Source of the DNA: Wallemia ichthyophaga EXF-994 | Lineage: Eukaryota; Fungi; Basidiomycota | NCBI RefSeq assembly: GCF_000400465.1 | Contig: NW_008806277.1 | Span: forward strand, 210,001 to 242,000 | Direction: 5' to 3' | DNA length: 32,000 nucleotides | Shown here: positions 1 through 10,090 of the stretch, in pieces | How positions within the stretch are numbered: position 1 is the first letter of the stretch | Layout: each line of letters starts with the position of its first letter | The notes under the pieces: model-generated | The model's input: the letters and a program-made list of their open reading frames with translations, nothing else | The model's database searches: none | What the model was told of the DNA's origin: nothing | Position numbers and translations under genes: made by a program

Positions 1-197
1 ATTTGCTCTCTCAACAAATTGAAAGGTTGATCGTTTGTTGCAATGGCAAAACTTAGCCAAGGCAGAAGAAGGTCTCATTCTACATAAATTGTTGTATGCC
101 TGTGTCATAGAGTCTCTCAAAAGCAAATATGTTCACAGCGTCGTCGTCATAAATGTTTAGGTGAATCTGCATATGTAAATCATGTACATAAAATAGT

Positions 198-950
198 TTA
201 CTCGGCCTTTGGAGCTGGCAATGGGGCTTGTGCCTTCTTGCCACGGACCTTCTTGGCTGGAGCATCCTTCTTTTGGCCTTTAGAAGCGTAAATGGCTGAA
301 ACCTTAGCAACAGCTGGCTGAAATTGCAAGTTAATACGCAATATAGGAGTCTCAATCGAGAGTATAAACTGAGGTTTAGTTTTATCAATGTCATTCGCTT
401 GAATGGCCAGAGAGGTACGATGAAGTCTTGAAGACAACACCAATCTGGTAAAGTGATGCGAATATTTTAATATAGCAACACAAATACGCCTGACCTTTCA
501 AAAAGTATTTCGAGGGGGTTCTAGCGTGTTGCGATCGCAGTTTATACTCTCGATTGGATTGAGGTTTATCACTCACCTTGACAAGATCTGGGCGAGTAGT
601 AGCAACAACATTGGCAGTTGACTTGTAAGCACGACGCTTTCCTCCAGTGACTTGGGTCTTAGCGAAGCCCTTGTTCCATTGGTTGACTGGGGCCTTGGTC
701 TTACGAGCAACGATTACAGCACCCTTGTCGTGTGGGTTGACACCAAGAGCCTTTTGACCATTGATGGTTGAAGAGTACTTGTAAGAGTGGTTTGCGAGCA
801 AGTTACCAGGCTCAGAAGACAACTTGTGGGAACCTGGTGCACTTGGGCGAATGAAAGAGGAAGATTTACGCAACAAGAGCCATTGGAGATCACCTGACAC
901 TGGAGAATCGTTGTTAATACGTTAAAGCACATTAAATTCTAATTCTAACT
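198..950 (-). CDS. RPL28: 60S ribosomal protein eL28, about 147 aa; exons 950 (A of ATG), 899-577, 317-198
   Basis: MSGDLQWLLLRKSSSF...EPGNL...HSYKYS is the Ribosomal_L28e N-terminus. The ATG is split A|TG by a 50-nt GT-AG intron (949-900). A 259-nt intron (576-318, GTGAGT...TATTAAC...CAG) joins in phase 0 to a basic C-terminal exon ending TAA at 198-200. Confidence 0.92.
353..556. repeat. Perfect 19-bp inverted repeat (353-371 / 538-556) bracketing the intronic snoRNA
   Basis: CAATCGAGAGTATAAACTG at 353-371 is the exact reverse complement of CAGTTTATACTCTCGATTG at 538-556. Confidence 0.95.
386..537 (-). ncRNA. Intronic box H/ACA snoRNA in RPL28 intron 2
   Basis: Hairpin 1 closed by GCAACAC/GTGTTGC (532-526/481-475). 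H box ATATTA (ANANNA) at 473-468. Hairpin 2 closed by ATTCGC/GCGAAT with upper stem CCAGA/TCTGG. ACA box at 391-389. It sits in the only long intron I found in the window. Confidence 0.85.
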
Positions 951-1230
951 TTTTTCAAGAGTGCTGTATCGCAAGAGGTTTAGACCAAGCACAAAAACCT
1001 TCACGAGTGAATTTTTTTATTTTAAATATATTCGAATGCTATTTCTTGCTAATCTGCGTGTGTATATATCCTGGCCTCGTCCATCACGCACTCTAAACGA
1101 GGTCTACGCTGTCGTTTGGTCTTCTATTCGACGTCGAGCAGCGCGATCTTATAATCTGCGCCCAAGTATATCGAGTTAAACTTCAAATGATGTCTAGTAC
1201 TCTTTGGGCTGGACGTTCTCTTTCTTAACC

Positions 1231-1266
1231 AGATGCTAGATGCCAGATGCCAGATGCGAAGATGCG
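1231..1266. repeat. Five tandem AGATGC(N) units upstream of RPL28
   Basis: AGATGCT AGATGCC AGATGCC AGATGCGA AGATGCG, starting at 1231, 1238, 1245, 1252 and 1260. Confidence 0.8.
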
Positions 1267-1851
1267 CAACCTCTAAAGGCAAAATGTTCTTGTCTGGTTT
1301 GGCTACGAAGAGCATCCATCTTGAAATCCATTTCTCGTTTTTATCTCAAATGTAAAGGTAATAGCACTATACTATTATAAGCGATTCCGACATCTTCCAA
1401 CTTTCGCACAAAATACTTGTTGAAAATCGTTCTAGGTCAGAGCTTTGTGGCTAATTAAGAAGTCCAGTTTCGTTCTCGAACTGCATTGCTTGCATTTCTG
1501 AATTTCCAACTTCGGCAGTGCCTTAGATTCGGCAAAAGATGTAAAGATTTGAGGATATATTTCGGTGTTTATCTCTCTTTATTCATTTGGTGATAGTGTG
1601 AAATGATCTATACTATGTCAGTTTACATAATGCACTTTACAGCTTCGCAGACAATCATTACAGCTCCAAGATAGCCGATAATCACAATGCTCGAAAATTG
1701 TTACAATTATTACTAACAATGCAGCAATGCACTAATCACCATGTTTGTAAAGCCAGCTGCACATTCCAAGCAAAGCAGGGTAGACTTTTCATCAGTAATC
1801 TTAATATTATTCAAAAATAGGTCAATACAATAAAGCGTTCGAGTTCGTAAC

Positions 1852-3398
1852 TTAAGGAGTGTATTCATAGTCTACATCTTCATTTGGTCTTCCGTCAGAC
1901 ATCAGAATGACAGAGTAACGACCGGATAATCTCCAATCCTTCTCTTCCTTGTCCAACTTCTCCGCAACACCTGGTGGTAAACCGACGACGACATCCGACT
2001 TGATAGTCCTCATGGAGCAGACAGGTGGTGCTCCAGGTGCCGATGCTAAAGTACCGATGGCCTCACTGAATGGTGTTGTTGGTGGAGCGCGACAGTCGTA
2101 GGTCAATTTGCGGTGGTTGAGATCACCCTTGAAGAAGACCAACTTGGATTGGTGAAGATCCAAGAACAGATCAGGGCTGACCTCAAGCAAGTGATAGAAA
2201 GTGTAACCAGAGATCCAGAATGGGTGTTGCTCGTATATAATCTTTCCTTGCTGTTCGTATCTCTTCCAACGATTACCCAAAGCACGTAATGAGTTCAGTT
2301 CCTCTGCAGTACCCTTGAACAATCTACCATAGCATGCAGAGTTAATTAACCATTCCCAGTCCTTCTTAGTTACGTCAGAAACGAACCAAGCAAATCTCTT
2401 TCCATGAAATTTGACTTGATCAGCTAAGCCAGCTTGGATAAGGAAGTCAGCCAATACCAAATCAGTAAACAACTCGAAACCGGCATTGTCGAGGACAAAG
2501 TCGATTCTACCGTTTTTGTTGTTCTTCAACTGATTCCAGACTCTTTCTATGTCGTTACCGAGGATGTTTTTCTGCGTGGCAGCGAGTTGATCTCCGCCAG
2601 TTGATTGCAAGTTTTTAATATCTTCCTCAGTCATGTCGATCAGGAGGGAAAGATCGGTAGAGTTTCCCCATAAACAAACTTGGAACAATTCCATGAAAAT
2701 GAGTTTTTTGGCATCGTCATTTGGAATGTGGAAGGGCTCAGCAAAACGCGTAGCTAATTCAAAGACGGCGTGAGATGAGCGGGCGAAAGTGTCACACTTT
2801 TGTCTGAAGAATACGTCGTAGTCCTGGAAGTACTTGGAGAAGGAGAAACAAGAGTGAAGACGACGGTACTTGTAAGCTTCAGCAAAGATCCATGGAGCGC
2901 TCATAAAGTCCTTTCCTTGGAAGTACTTCGCGATTTCCTTGTTCCAGATAGCGATATCACCAGAGCCATCGTCAGGGATAGGTGTGAGCTTCTTGTTTGA
3001 TTTGAGATCGTCCATGAGTGTATCCATTCTGAGACAGGATGATTAGAAAGGAACAAACGAAAGGAGAGATCGTACCTTTCAATACAGGAAAGTAAGTCAA
3101 GAATCTCATCTTCCTTTGAAAGTCCATTTAAAGTGATGATTGTGTCTTCGATGGCTTTGCCGAGGATGGTAGGCAAACGACGGCCCATGACATCGTTTGC
3201 GAAGGAGAACGTGTGATAGCCTCGGAAGGCAGGGAATGGAGGAGATTCAGGGTTAACGTACTTTGCGTCGATCTTGTTAGGTTCGGCCATGTAGGAGCGG
3301 GATCTTGGAGGCATGTTCTTCAATCTGAGCTGCACAGAAGAAGGAACAGAGGCGTTAGGAATGTCTACGCTGCCATTTGGTGTTTGTGGTTGAGCCAT
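1852..3398 (-). CDS. DUF89/ARMT1-family damage-control phosphatase, about 499 aa; exons 3398-3076, 3028-1852
   Basis: Family motifs RLPTIL, PWIFAEAYKYRR, CLWGNSTDLSL, DNAGFELFTDL, WFVSDVT, FKGDLNHRKL, RTIKSD. A 47-nt intron (3075-3029) fuses the two listed ORFs in frame. The start codon could be a downstream Met. Confidence 0.9.
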
Positions 3399-3551
3399 AT
3401 TTGAAAAATTGAAGATGACAGTAAAGGGTTAAGGAGGATGATGAAGAATGTGTGGATTGCACTTAGCCAAAGCGACGTCATCGAGGATAATTGGAGTGCG
3501 GGGAGAGTGGAGAAGATTGGATGATATAAAGTAATGTAAGTGTGAGAGTGT

Positions 3552-4009
3552 TTATTCAGTGGCTACAAATCCTTGTATATCCAAATCATATATGGTCACT
3601 CTACCGTAAAAATCCGTCGAACTGTTGAAAAGCAATTTAATATTGTTGGATATCGTCTTATTGTGATTTATACTGAAAGACTGCATTTTGTTGTTATCCT
3701 CAGGATAAAAGCCATCCTGACCAAGCTGGTTGCTGTTGTGATAATACACAATCTGGCAGCTCTTTCCTGAGAATCCACCTTGAAATGTCAATATCAACTT
3801 ATCTATTATATAGTTTTGACCAAATTTTAGCTGGACAGACTGTGGACTGCCCTGTGCGCTTGACCAGCAAGTGTCACTCGATCCATCGATCAGATTAGAC
3901 TTGTTTGAGAACTTATCGATGTTTGATGAAACCCTGCGTTGATTTGTAAGTTGAACTGCGTAGATACATGCACATACTTGACTTTTGTCTCTTTGTTGAT
4001 AACGCTCAT
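3552..4009 (-). CDS. NR2C2AP/TRA16-like galactose-binding-fold protein, about 137 aa; exons 4009-3978, 3933-3552
   Basis: Spliced product MSVINKETKVKVSS...DTCWSSAQG...LTFQGGFS...FYPEDNN...STDFYGRVTIY matches the NR2C2AP signature I recall (TCWNSDQG, FQGGFS, FYPEDNN, TDFFGRVVIY). 44-nt GTATGT...CAG intron. Confidence 0.85.
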
Positions 4010-4035
4010 CTGCACGCTCTTGGTAATATCATCGT

Positions 4036-4674
4036 ATGAGTAGACTGGAAATTTTAAACGGCGATAATTTTAGATTTGATGGTAGGAAGCCACTCGAGTT
4101 TAGGTCTTTAAATTATAAGTTGGATGATAACAACGTTTACTTCAATCAAGGCCTGACTAAGTTGAAAGTTAACATAAGCGGTTATCACAACTTCAATAAG
4201 CAAGATATCAATATATCCGTCAACAACGTCAACTCGAACCTCTCTAAATCAAAAATTGAAAACCTTATCCAGCAATTGAAGTCCACATTCCTCTCCGTCA
4301 TCAGATTCCACTCAAAGTCATCAATACAAATCAATATAGACATATTGAACTTTGATGGTAGCTTACTATCAACCGCCATAAACGCATTATCACTTTCTTT
4401 ATCTTTAAACGGCATCGAACTACTCGATATAGTCACTTCAACAAATATTGGTGTTTTCAACAATAACCTTTTAATAGACTTGAATAATTTCGAAGAACTA
4501 GATTGCCCTTCAATAACTCTAGCCTCTTTATCTAATTTTGAAAGTTTATCTTTAATTAATCTTGATTCAAAGCTACATTCCTCCTTCTTATCTGACATCA
4601 TTTCTCTATCTACTTCGAGTAATCAAGTATTGAGAGATGATTTGTCCAGTATTTTGTTGTCAAATGCTGTTTAA
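4036..4674 (+). CDS. SKI6: Exosome RNase PH-like subunit Ski6/Rrp41 (divergent), 212 aa
   Basis: N-terminus MSRLEIL...RFDGRK..EFR; RNase PH motifs I.IDIL..DGS...AINA.SL.L and LLIDLN.FEE. Confidence 0.8.
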   Translation: MSRLEILNGDNFRFDGRKPLEFRSLNYKLDDNNVYFNQGLTKLKVNISGYHNFNKQDINISVNNVNSNLSKSKIENLIQQLKSTFLSVIRFHSKSSIQINIDILNFDGSLLSTAINALSLSLSLNGIELLDIVTSTNIGVFNNNLLIDLNNFEELDCPSITLASLSNFESLSLINLDSKLHSSFLSDIISLSTSSNQVLRDDLSSILLSNAV

Positions 4675-5575
4675 GAACTCCGTTAATGCATTCATCGTTC
4701 TATTCACATCATTGTCCTGCCAAACATTAACTCTCATCCCACCCTTGAATACGATGAACATGGTCGGTTGATACTCATTAACACCTAATATACCTCCAAT
4801 TTCCTTATTCATCATCACATCCAACCTCATGAACCCGTTGTTCATTCCAGGAATTCCTCTTTGAGCAGCTAAATGGTAGAATGCTTGTGATAATTCAACG
4901 CTATTCGATGAATATGTCGTCAATGGTGATACCTTTATTCCCTTTCAATTTCATAATACTCTATACCACGCAACTCACCGTCATCAGAATGGCTTTGTAA
5001 TTACTCATGATTATATTCTGCATCATCTCCTTTGAGATTACATTCAGCGTCGGCCATTGTGGTAAAACATCTGCTGATTGATATTGCGAATTGGGTATCA
5101 TGGGTAGATTCATTCGAATGTTATTTCTGGCATGATCATTTCCCACTCCTCCACCAAGTGCAGCCTGCGTCCCTACCATTCCTGTACCCCCAATTCCCCC
5201 GAAAGACCCCACACTTCCTGCATTGATGAATTCTGGAAACTTAGCTCCACAAAGAAAGTCGATTGCTTTGTCTGTGAACGTATTTCCATTCCTGTACGCC
5301 ACGTTGTAGCTTCCTGCGTTGAACTCACTACAAAGACCATCTAAAAAGTCCTTATATGTGTCCTCGTCTATTTCTGTAATCCCAGTATTGATGACTCTAG
5401 ATGGCGTCCCTTTGTAAGAGCTGCCCGGTGGTGCCAAGGACCTGATGCCTTCATAACTAAACTCAAACTCTCTATTGAATACCACAACGGTTGTGTGACT
5501 TCTCCCGTTACTGCTCAAGTACCTTATTGCCTCGTTGCTCCAATCATAAATGGCTATTTCGACCTTATTTCCCAT
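4660..5575 (-). CDS. PPPDE/DeSI peptidase-fold plus thioredoxin-fold protein lacking both catalytic cysteine motifs, about 289 aa; probable exons 5575-4979, 4932-4660
   Basis: V.IAIYD..., HTTVVV..REF, G.P..VI..G.TEI, SYN...RNGNTFT...FL.G..P resemble PPPDE. The C-terminal part (RLDV...GV...PTMFIVFKGG.RV..W) resembles thioredoxin. Putative 46-nt intron 4978-4933 has a strong donor but a weak branch site. Confidence 0.72.
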
Positions 5576-6509
5576 GATGGTATTAATTGTGATATTAAGT
5601 GGTTAATTGTATTTGATTATTGGGTTGTACAAATTAAATGAGCAACGTCGCGATCGCGCTATCGCTGGCGTGTTGATTGTTCAAACAAGAGTACGATAAT
5701 CGTCATTAGTCCAGTTTCTTGCTGAATTTTCTCCCTGTTGATCCCTGTTGAATATAACTTGTTTTGTGTACTCGTGTGTACAACCACAATGGCTCTTTTT
5801 CATTGCCTCCGCTTGGTCACAAGTACCAAAAAAATGAATACGTAATTTGAATGGCTACTTAATTTTGTTTAGTTGTCAAACGACTGTAGGGATGCAACAT
5901 AAAGTGGAGGTCACCTCAGCTTATTATACGATGGCTTACATTTTCAAACTTTCCTAGCTGTTAATTACAAGACAACACCATATTCATCCATACATGAAAC
6001 TTATTGGGGGTTGTCATGTACGTATCTGTAACATAAGATTCTCGGCGTGAAGATTCGAAGACTTTTCAGCGTGAATAAGATCGGCATGGATAGCGACGTG
6101 GATAAATTAAATTGTAGAATGCTAAAATTCACTAAAAATTTGGACAGCTCAAATAATCGAAGTCACACTGCGATGGATCTGATTGGCAGTACTCTAAGCA
6201 AACATCGAACTCGATTAGTGAGCTAGTTTAGGTCCACAAGGAGAAGTTTTAATAAATTGTATAATTAAAACCATTTCAGGCTGATGTTTAAGCAGCATAT
6301 TATACGTCTTTGTAAGAGAAAAGAAGTAAATAAACTGAGTGACGGATGACAAAGTGATTATATGGAATTTTGATTAGAGGCGGCCTAAACGAGATCGGTT
6401 AGCAATCTATGGGTGAGTAAATACTATTAGATGGTATGATATTCTTCAAACGTTGATGATAGATCAAAGCAGCCTCAATGAGTGCTCGTGATGTCATCCG
6501 AAAACTCCG

Positions 6510-7030
6510 AAGAGTGACTGGAAGTGAGAACCTACTGTATATACTGTACTTTTGAAATCAAGGACGGAATGAATTTACATTTCAAAATGCATGCATTCAG
6601 TTAATTTGTACTGGAAATGACCGAGAGGGAAAACAGTATGGGTTCAGCACAATCATACAGCATTGAGATTTATATTACAAAAAGTAAGCAAGGATAACAT
6701 GCTTAAAACTAAGCGCATTAACGATGTAAAAGCACGGTGGACGACATCCTACTTGCTCTGAGGCTGTTGGGACGCCATACGCGCTCTATCTCCATATCGC
6801 CCTTCCACCAGACTAAACTGCTAAATAGAAACTGCAACTTTCATTTACAATTTAATTTGATTTATTTACATATTCGCTATACTAAACATTCTCTTAATCC
6901 ATCAGCCTGACACTTACAAGACTAGCTAAAATCTTCAGTGTTCAATGGAGAAGAATTGTTAGAGTGTACTATGGGCAATCAAAATCGAAATTAAAGGATT
7001 TAGTAGTGAACGGTATAACTTAAGAAGTCA
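6510..7030 (+). repeat. Old degenerate inverted repeat, left copy (pairs with about 13245-13785)
   Basis: Anchor 6800-6820 matches the reverse complement of 13461-13481 at 20/21. Further collinear anchors fall on one anti-diagonal (coordinate sums about 20275-20296). Boundaries are approximate. Confidence 0.75.
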
Positions 7031-7408
7031 TATGGCTATACACATGCTGGATAATCTCTAAACGATGCAAATGAAATCTGAAATGCAGGCGGAAGAGCAA
7101 ACACTGAAATTGTTTTTGATCAAAAGTCTCGGATCACCATACATAAATCAGTGAATAAATGAAAACTTTCGATAATGCGTGAAATACGTAAGTATGATAT
7201 TAAATAACGCCAATGCTAAGGTTCGTTTGTGTACTTTGCAATCTAAAACAAGGGAAACATCATTTACAAATCAGAAGTACGATAGATATAAAATAAGATA
7301 GTATAATTAGGTAGAGTTAAAATGTAAACGGCCGAAACCAAAAGTAAGTCAAGCCTGTTGATTTCTAGGAAATAGAAAGTCGTCATACACTAGCCAGAAT
7401 CGTAATAG

Positions 7409-9011
7409 CACCGCTATGAATATCACAAAATGAGTACAAAAGGTTAGGTCACTATAAAAGGCAAATGAAAAGTGACCTGACTCGACATCTATGTGGCCCT
7501 TTCGTCTTGTATAAAGTCGAAAATCGCATTACACTGATTAAGAGTGTAATTATCAAACTTTTCAGTAATTTGGAATGTAATATTTCAGGATAGATAAGGC
7601 CCGAATGGGAAATAATCTGATTCAACATGAGTATTAACCAGGCCCTAACAAAACTCGCAGATCCTTATGAAATTGTATGTGATGAGATTAATTTGATATT
7701 TGTCTTGTTTTGAGTTGAGCGTGTTTATTTGGCTTGTGCATAGATAGATTAGCCAGATTGAAGGGCCAAATTGTAGAAAAGAGCCAAATAACAAGCCGTT
7801 AAGGTATCTGACACAGCTACTGCTGGATCTATTGATCCTTAGCTCGTCGCTAGTTTATAATCACCACCGAATTAATGATCGAAAGAGGAAGCTAAGTGTA
7901 ACACAGGTTTAAAAGTAGTTTACTCTCAACAGAAGAGATCGGTTTGTATTTGAAAGACTATCACTGCGATTGAAACATACGGGGAATTGTCTTTTCTGGG
8001 CGAGATGCTTCCTCATCACAGTTATAAGAATTACTTAATGATAAACAGATGAACAAAATGTACTCTTGCCATATGTAACCACAAACGTATGCAAATATAC
8101 ACATTAGAGATCAAGTCGTTACGTAGAACCTTTGAGGGCGAGTCACGATTGAATTTCAGGTCCAATTATAGAGAATATCAAAAGAAACTGACTATAATAT
8201 TTTAAAACTGACTTATTCATTGTTCAATTTGGGAGATGCACACTAGTAGACTTTAAGGGTGCAACATTGGAAAACGTTGGGGTTGCTCAACATAACATTT
8301 CTAATTTGGCTAACCGCTAGATAAAAAGCTAGACCAACCCAATAGCAATTACAAAGTGTAGCCCACCGAGTTTTAATTCAGAAAAGCTCATGATTAAATA
8401 CAAATTCTGATAGTATCATACATCGTTTCAAAGTAAAAACGGTTGGAAGGCTAGCTTACGGTACAATTACAGCTGAAGATAAAATGATTACATCTAATAA
8501 AACTACAGATCGCAAATCACCTGAGACCAACAAAATACAGAAACATTAAGCAATAGTACTTGTAGCGTGATTAGTAAAACCGTAAACGTTCATGCTTCAG
8601 CCCACTACAGGTAATCACTAAAAAGGTGGCCTTCAACGAAATGAGACACGAAAGTAAGAAATATAAAGTTTTCAAAACCATTGTAAGTTTCCAAATAAAG
8701 TGAAGGTCGTATTCAAAGCTACATTATTAATGATCAAACGATCACTATACCGAGATGAGCAGGTGTGAAAACTCTCATTTTCTGAATGAGACATAATTAC
8801 GAAATAAACTGCTATAACTTCCATCAAACAACTTCATGTTGGAAAGAAAAGCTACGCGAAAGCAGCATTATTTGCCAGACGTTCCCTATGGGATTTTAAG
8901 AACGTTAGTGTTGAGCTAAGACTTCATTCGAAAGATAGTGTTAAGAACCATTCGTTGATGTGAATCTTTTGCACATAAACTGTACATTTTAGGACCATTA
9001 TCGCAAGTCAT
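7409..9011 (+). repeat. Long inverted repeat, left arm (1603 bp)
   Basis: Line-by-line reverse-complement comparison with 10091-11693 gives a constant coordinate sum of 19102 and 5 mismatches (7539, 8897, 8900, 8992, 9008), about 99.7% identity. Confidence 0.97.
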
Positions 9012-10090
9012 CATAGAGATCCAGTTATCTTTAGATTCTTTGCATAATGTCATTTCGAAACTAAATCAGACGCGAGATAGATAATTTTCGGCTCGTTATA
9101 TGTCATTGTCATAACGGCACAAGACTTTTTTCACATTACCTTTCTATATCTATATAAGATATTCAGAATAGAAAAAGTTAAAAGTTGAAATGTCAAGTAA
9201 TATAAGACAATTAAGTTTAACAGCTACTCCTAAAGTACGCGATTTAAATTCTAGTAACAACTTTCATCTCCCCTTGATTAACGACATTTGGATTGAGGCA
9301 TGGTTGAAGTAACACTTACAATGTCGAGATAATGAATTAAAAATTCAAAGTTGAGTTTATCGATTAACTCAGAATTGCATCATTTCAAGAATTTTTAAAA
9401 GAGATATGCACCTTTTTTTTTTCAACTTATAGACTTACAAATCAATAATCTTCAAACACACATATTAGAAGGAGGCAGGATCTAGCTATATACTTACCAT
9501 ATAATCGTTACTGGATGCCCTCAGCCTTTGAGAGAAACAAACAAAATCATTTATTTTTTGGGCTTGAGTGATCAATTGTTTTTAACTTTATTGACATTAA
9601 TAGCCTGAATTTATCACAGGAAGTTGTTTCCTCTTCCTTTTGTTGTAAAAGAAAGACCAGGTTATTTTAAACGCAAACAGGTTTTTGTCGAAAATGTTCC
9701 CTATTTTTGAAAACACAGGCTTATTTAAGCATTTGATTGAGAATTTCTTTCAATCATCCTTCGATCAATAACTCAATTTAAAGCAGATCAACGCCAAATC
9801 CCCACTCACTAACAATCTGACTGTTAGCATTGAATTGTGAAATTTTGATGTCAGAACAGATTTCTGTTACAAATGAAGTACAGATCACCATTTCACATTT
9901 AAATTCTAGCAAAAGCACGAAATTAATAACGAAGTTAGGTCCAAAGCAGTGCAAATCATTTACATTTATCAGATGATGTAAATGTGATTGAAATATATAT
10001 TTTTTTGCTAATGTCTTCCTCACATCACATTAGCACTATTCGTGCCGATGGAAAAAAATAACGGAGTCCAATGATTCGTGGAGATTCAAA
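9012..10090. other. Unique AT-rich core (1079 bp) between the IR arms
   Basis: No internal palindromy seen; poly-T/A runs; sampled lines are about 22-30% GC; no credible ORF. Confidence 0.85.

Noticed and set aside
1510-1518. CTTCGGCAG resembling the U6 snRNA 5' stem-loop
   Set aside because: No ACAGAGA box or AGC triad downstream.
961-1850. Possible small gene or ncRNA between RPL28 and the DUF89 gene
   Set aside because: Only short ORFs without motifs, and no RNA-family signature that I could recognise.
5830-6660. Multi-exon orphan gene suggested by intron-like GT..AG segments
   Set aside because: Every splice combination I tried hit a stop within a few codons; at most a relic.
6723-6752. 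DVKARWTTSY, resembling the hAT transposase motif DVxTRWNSTY; also WWK near 13470
   Set aside because: Key residues differ, a stop follows two codons later, the two hints are on opposite strands of the homologous block, and no other hAT motifs are nearby.
7446-7550. Two 8-bp hairpins near the outer IR end (AGGTCACT/AGTGACCT; ATTACACT/AGTGTAAT with a 7-bp spacer) as recombinase sites
   Set aside because: A rough estimate gives about one such stem by chance per 1.6 kb of AT-rich DNA, and no recombinase is in view.
9012-10090. Flip-flop mating-type cassette of the Ogataea/Komagataella type
   Set aside because: The invertible core has no recognisable homeodomain, HMG, pheromone (CAAX) or receptor coding sequence.
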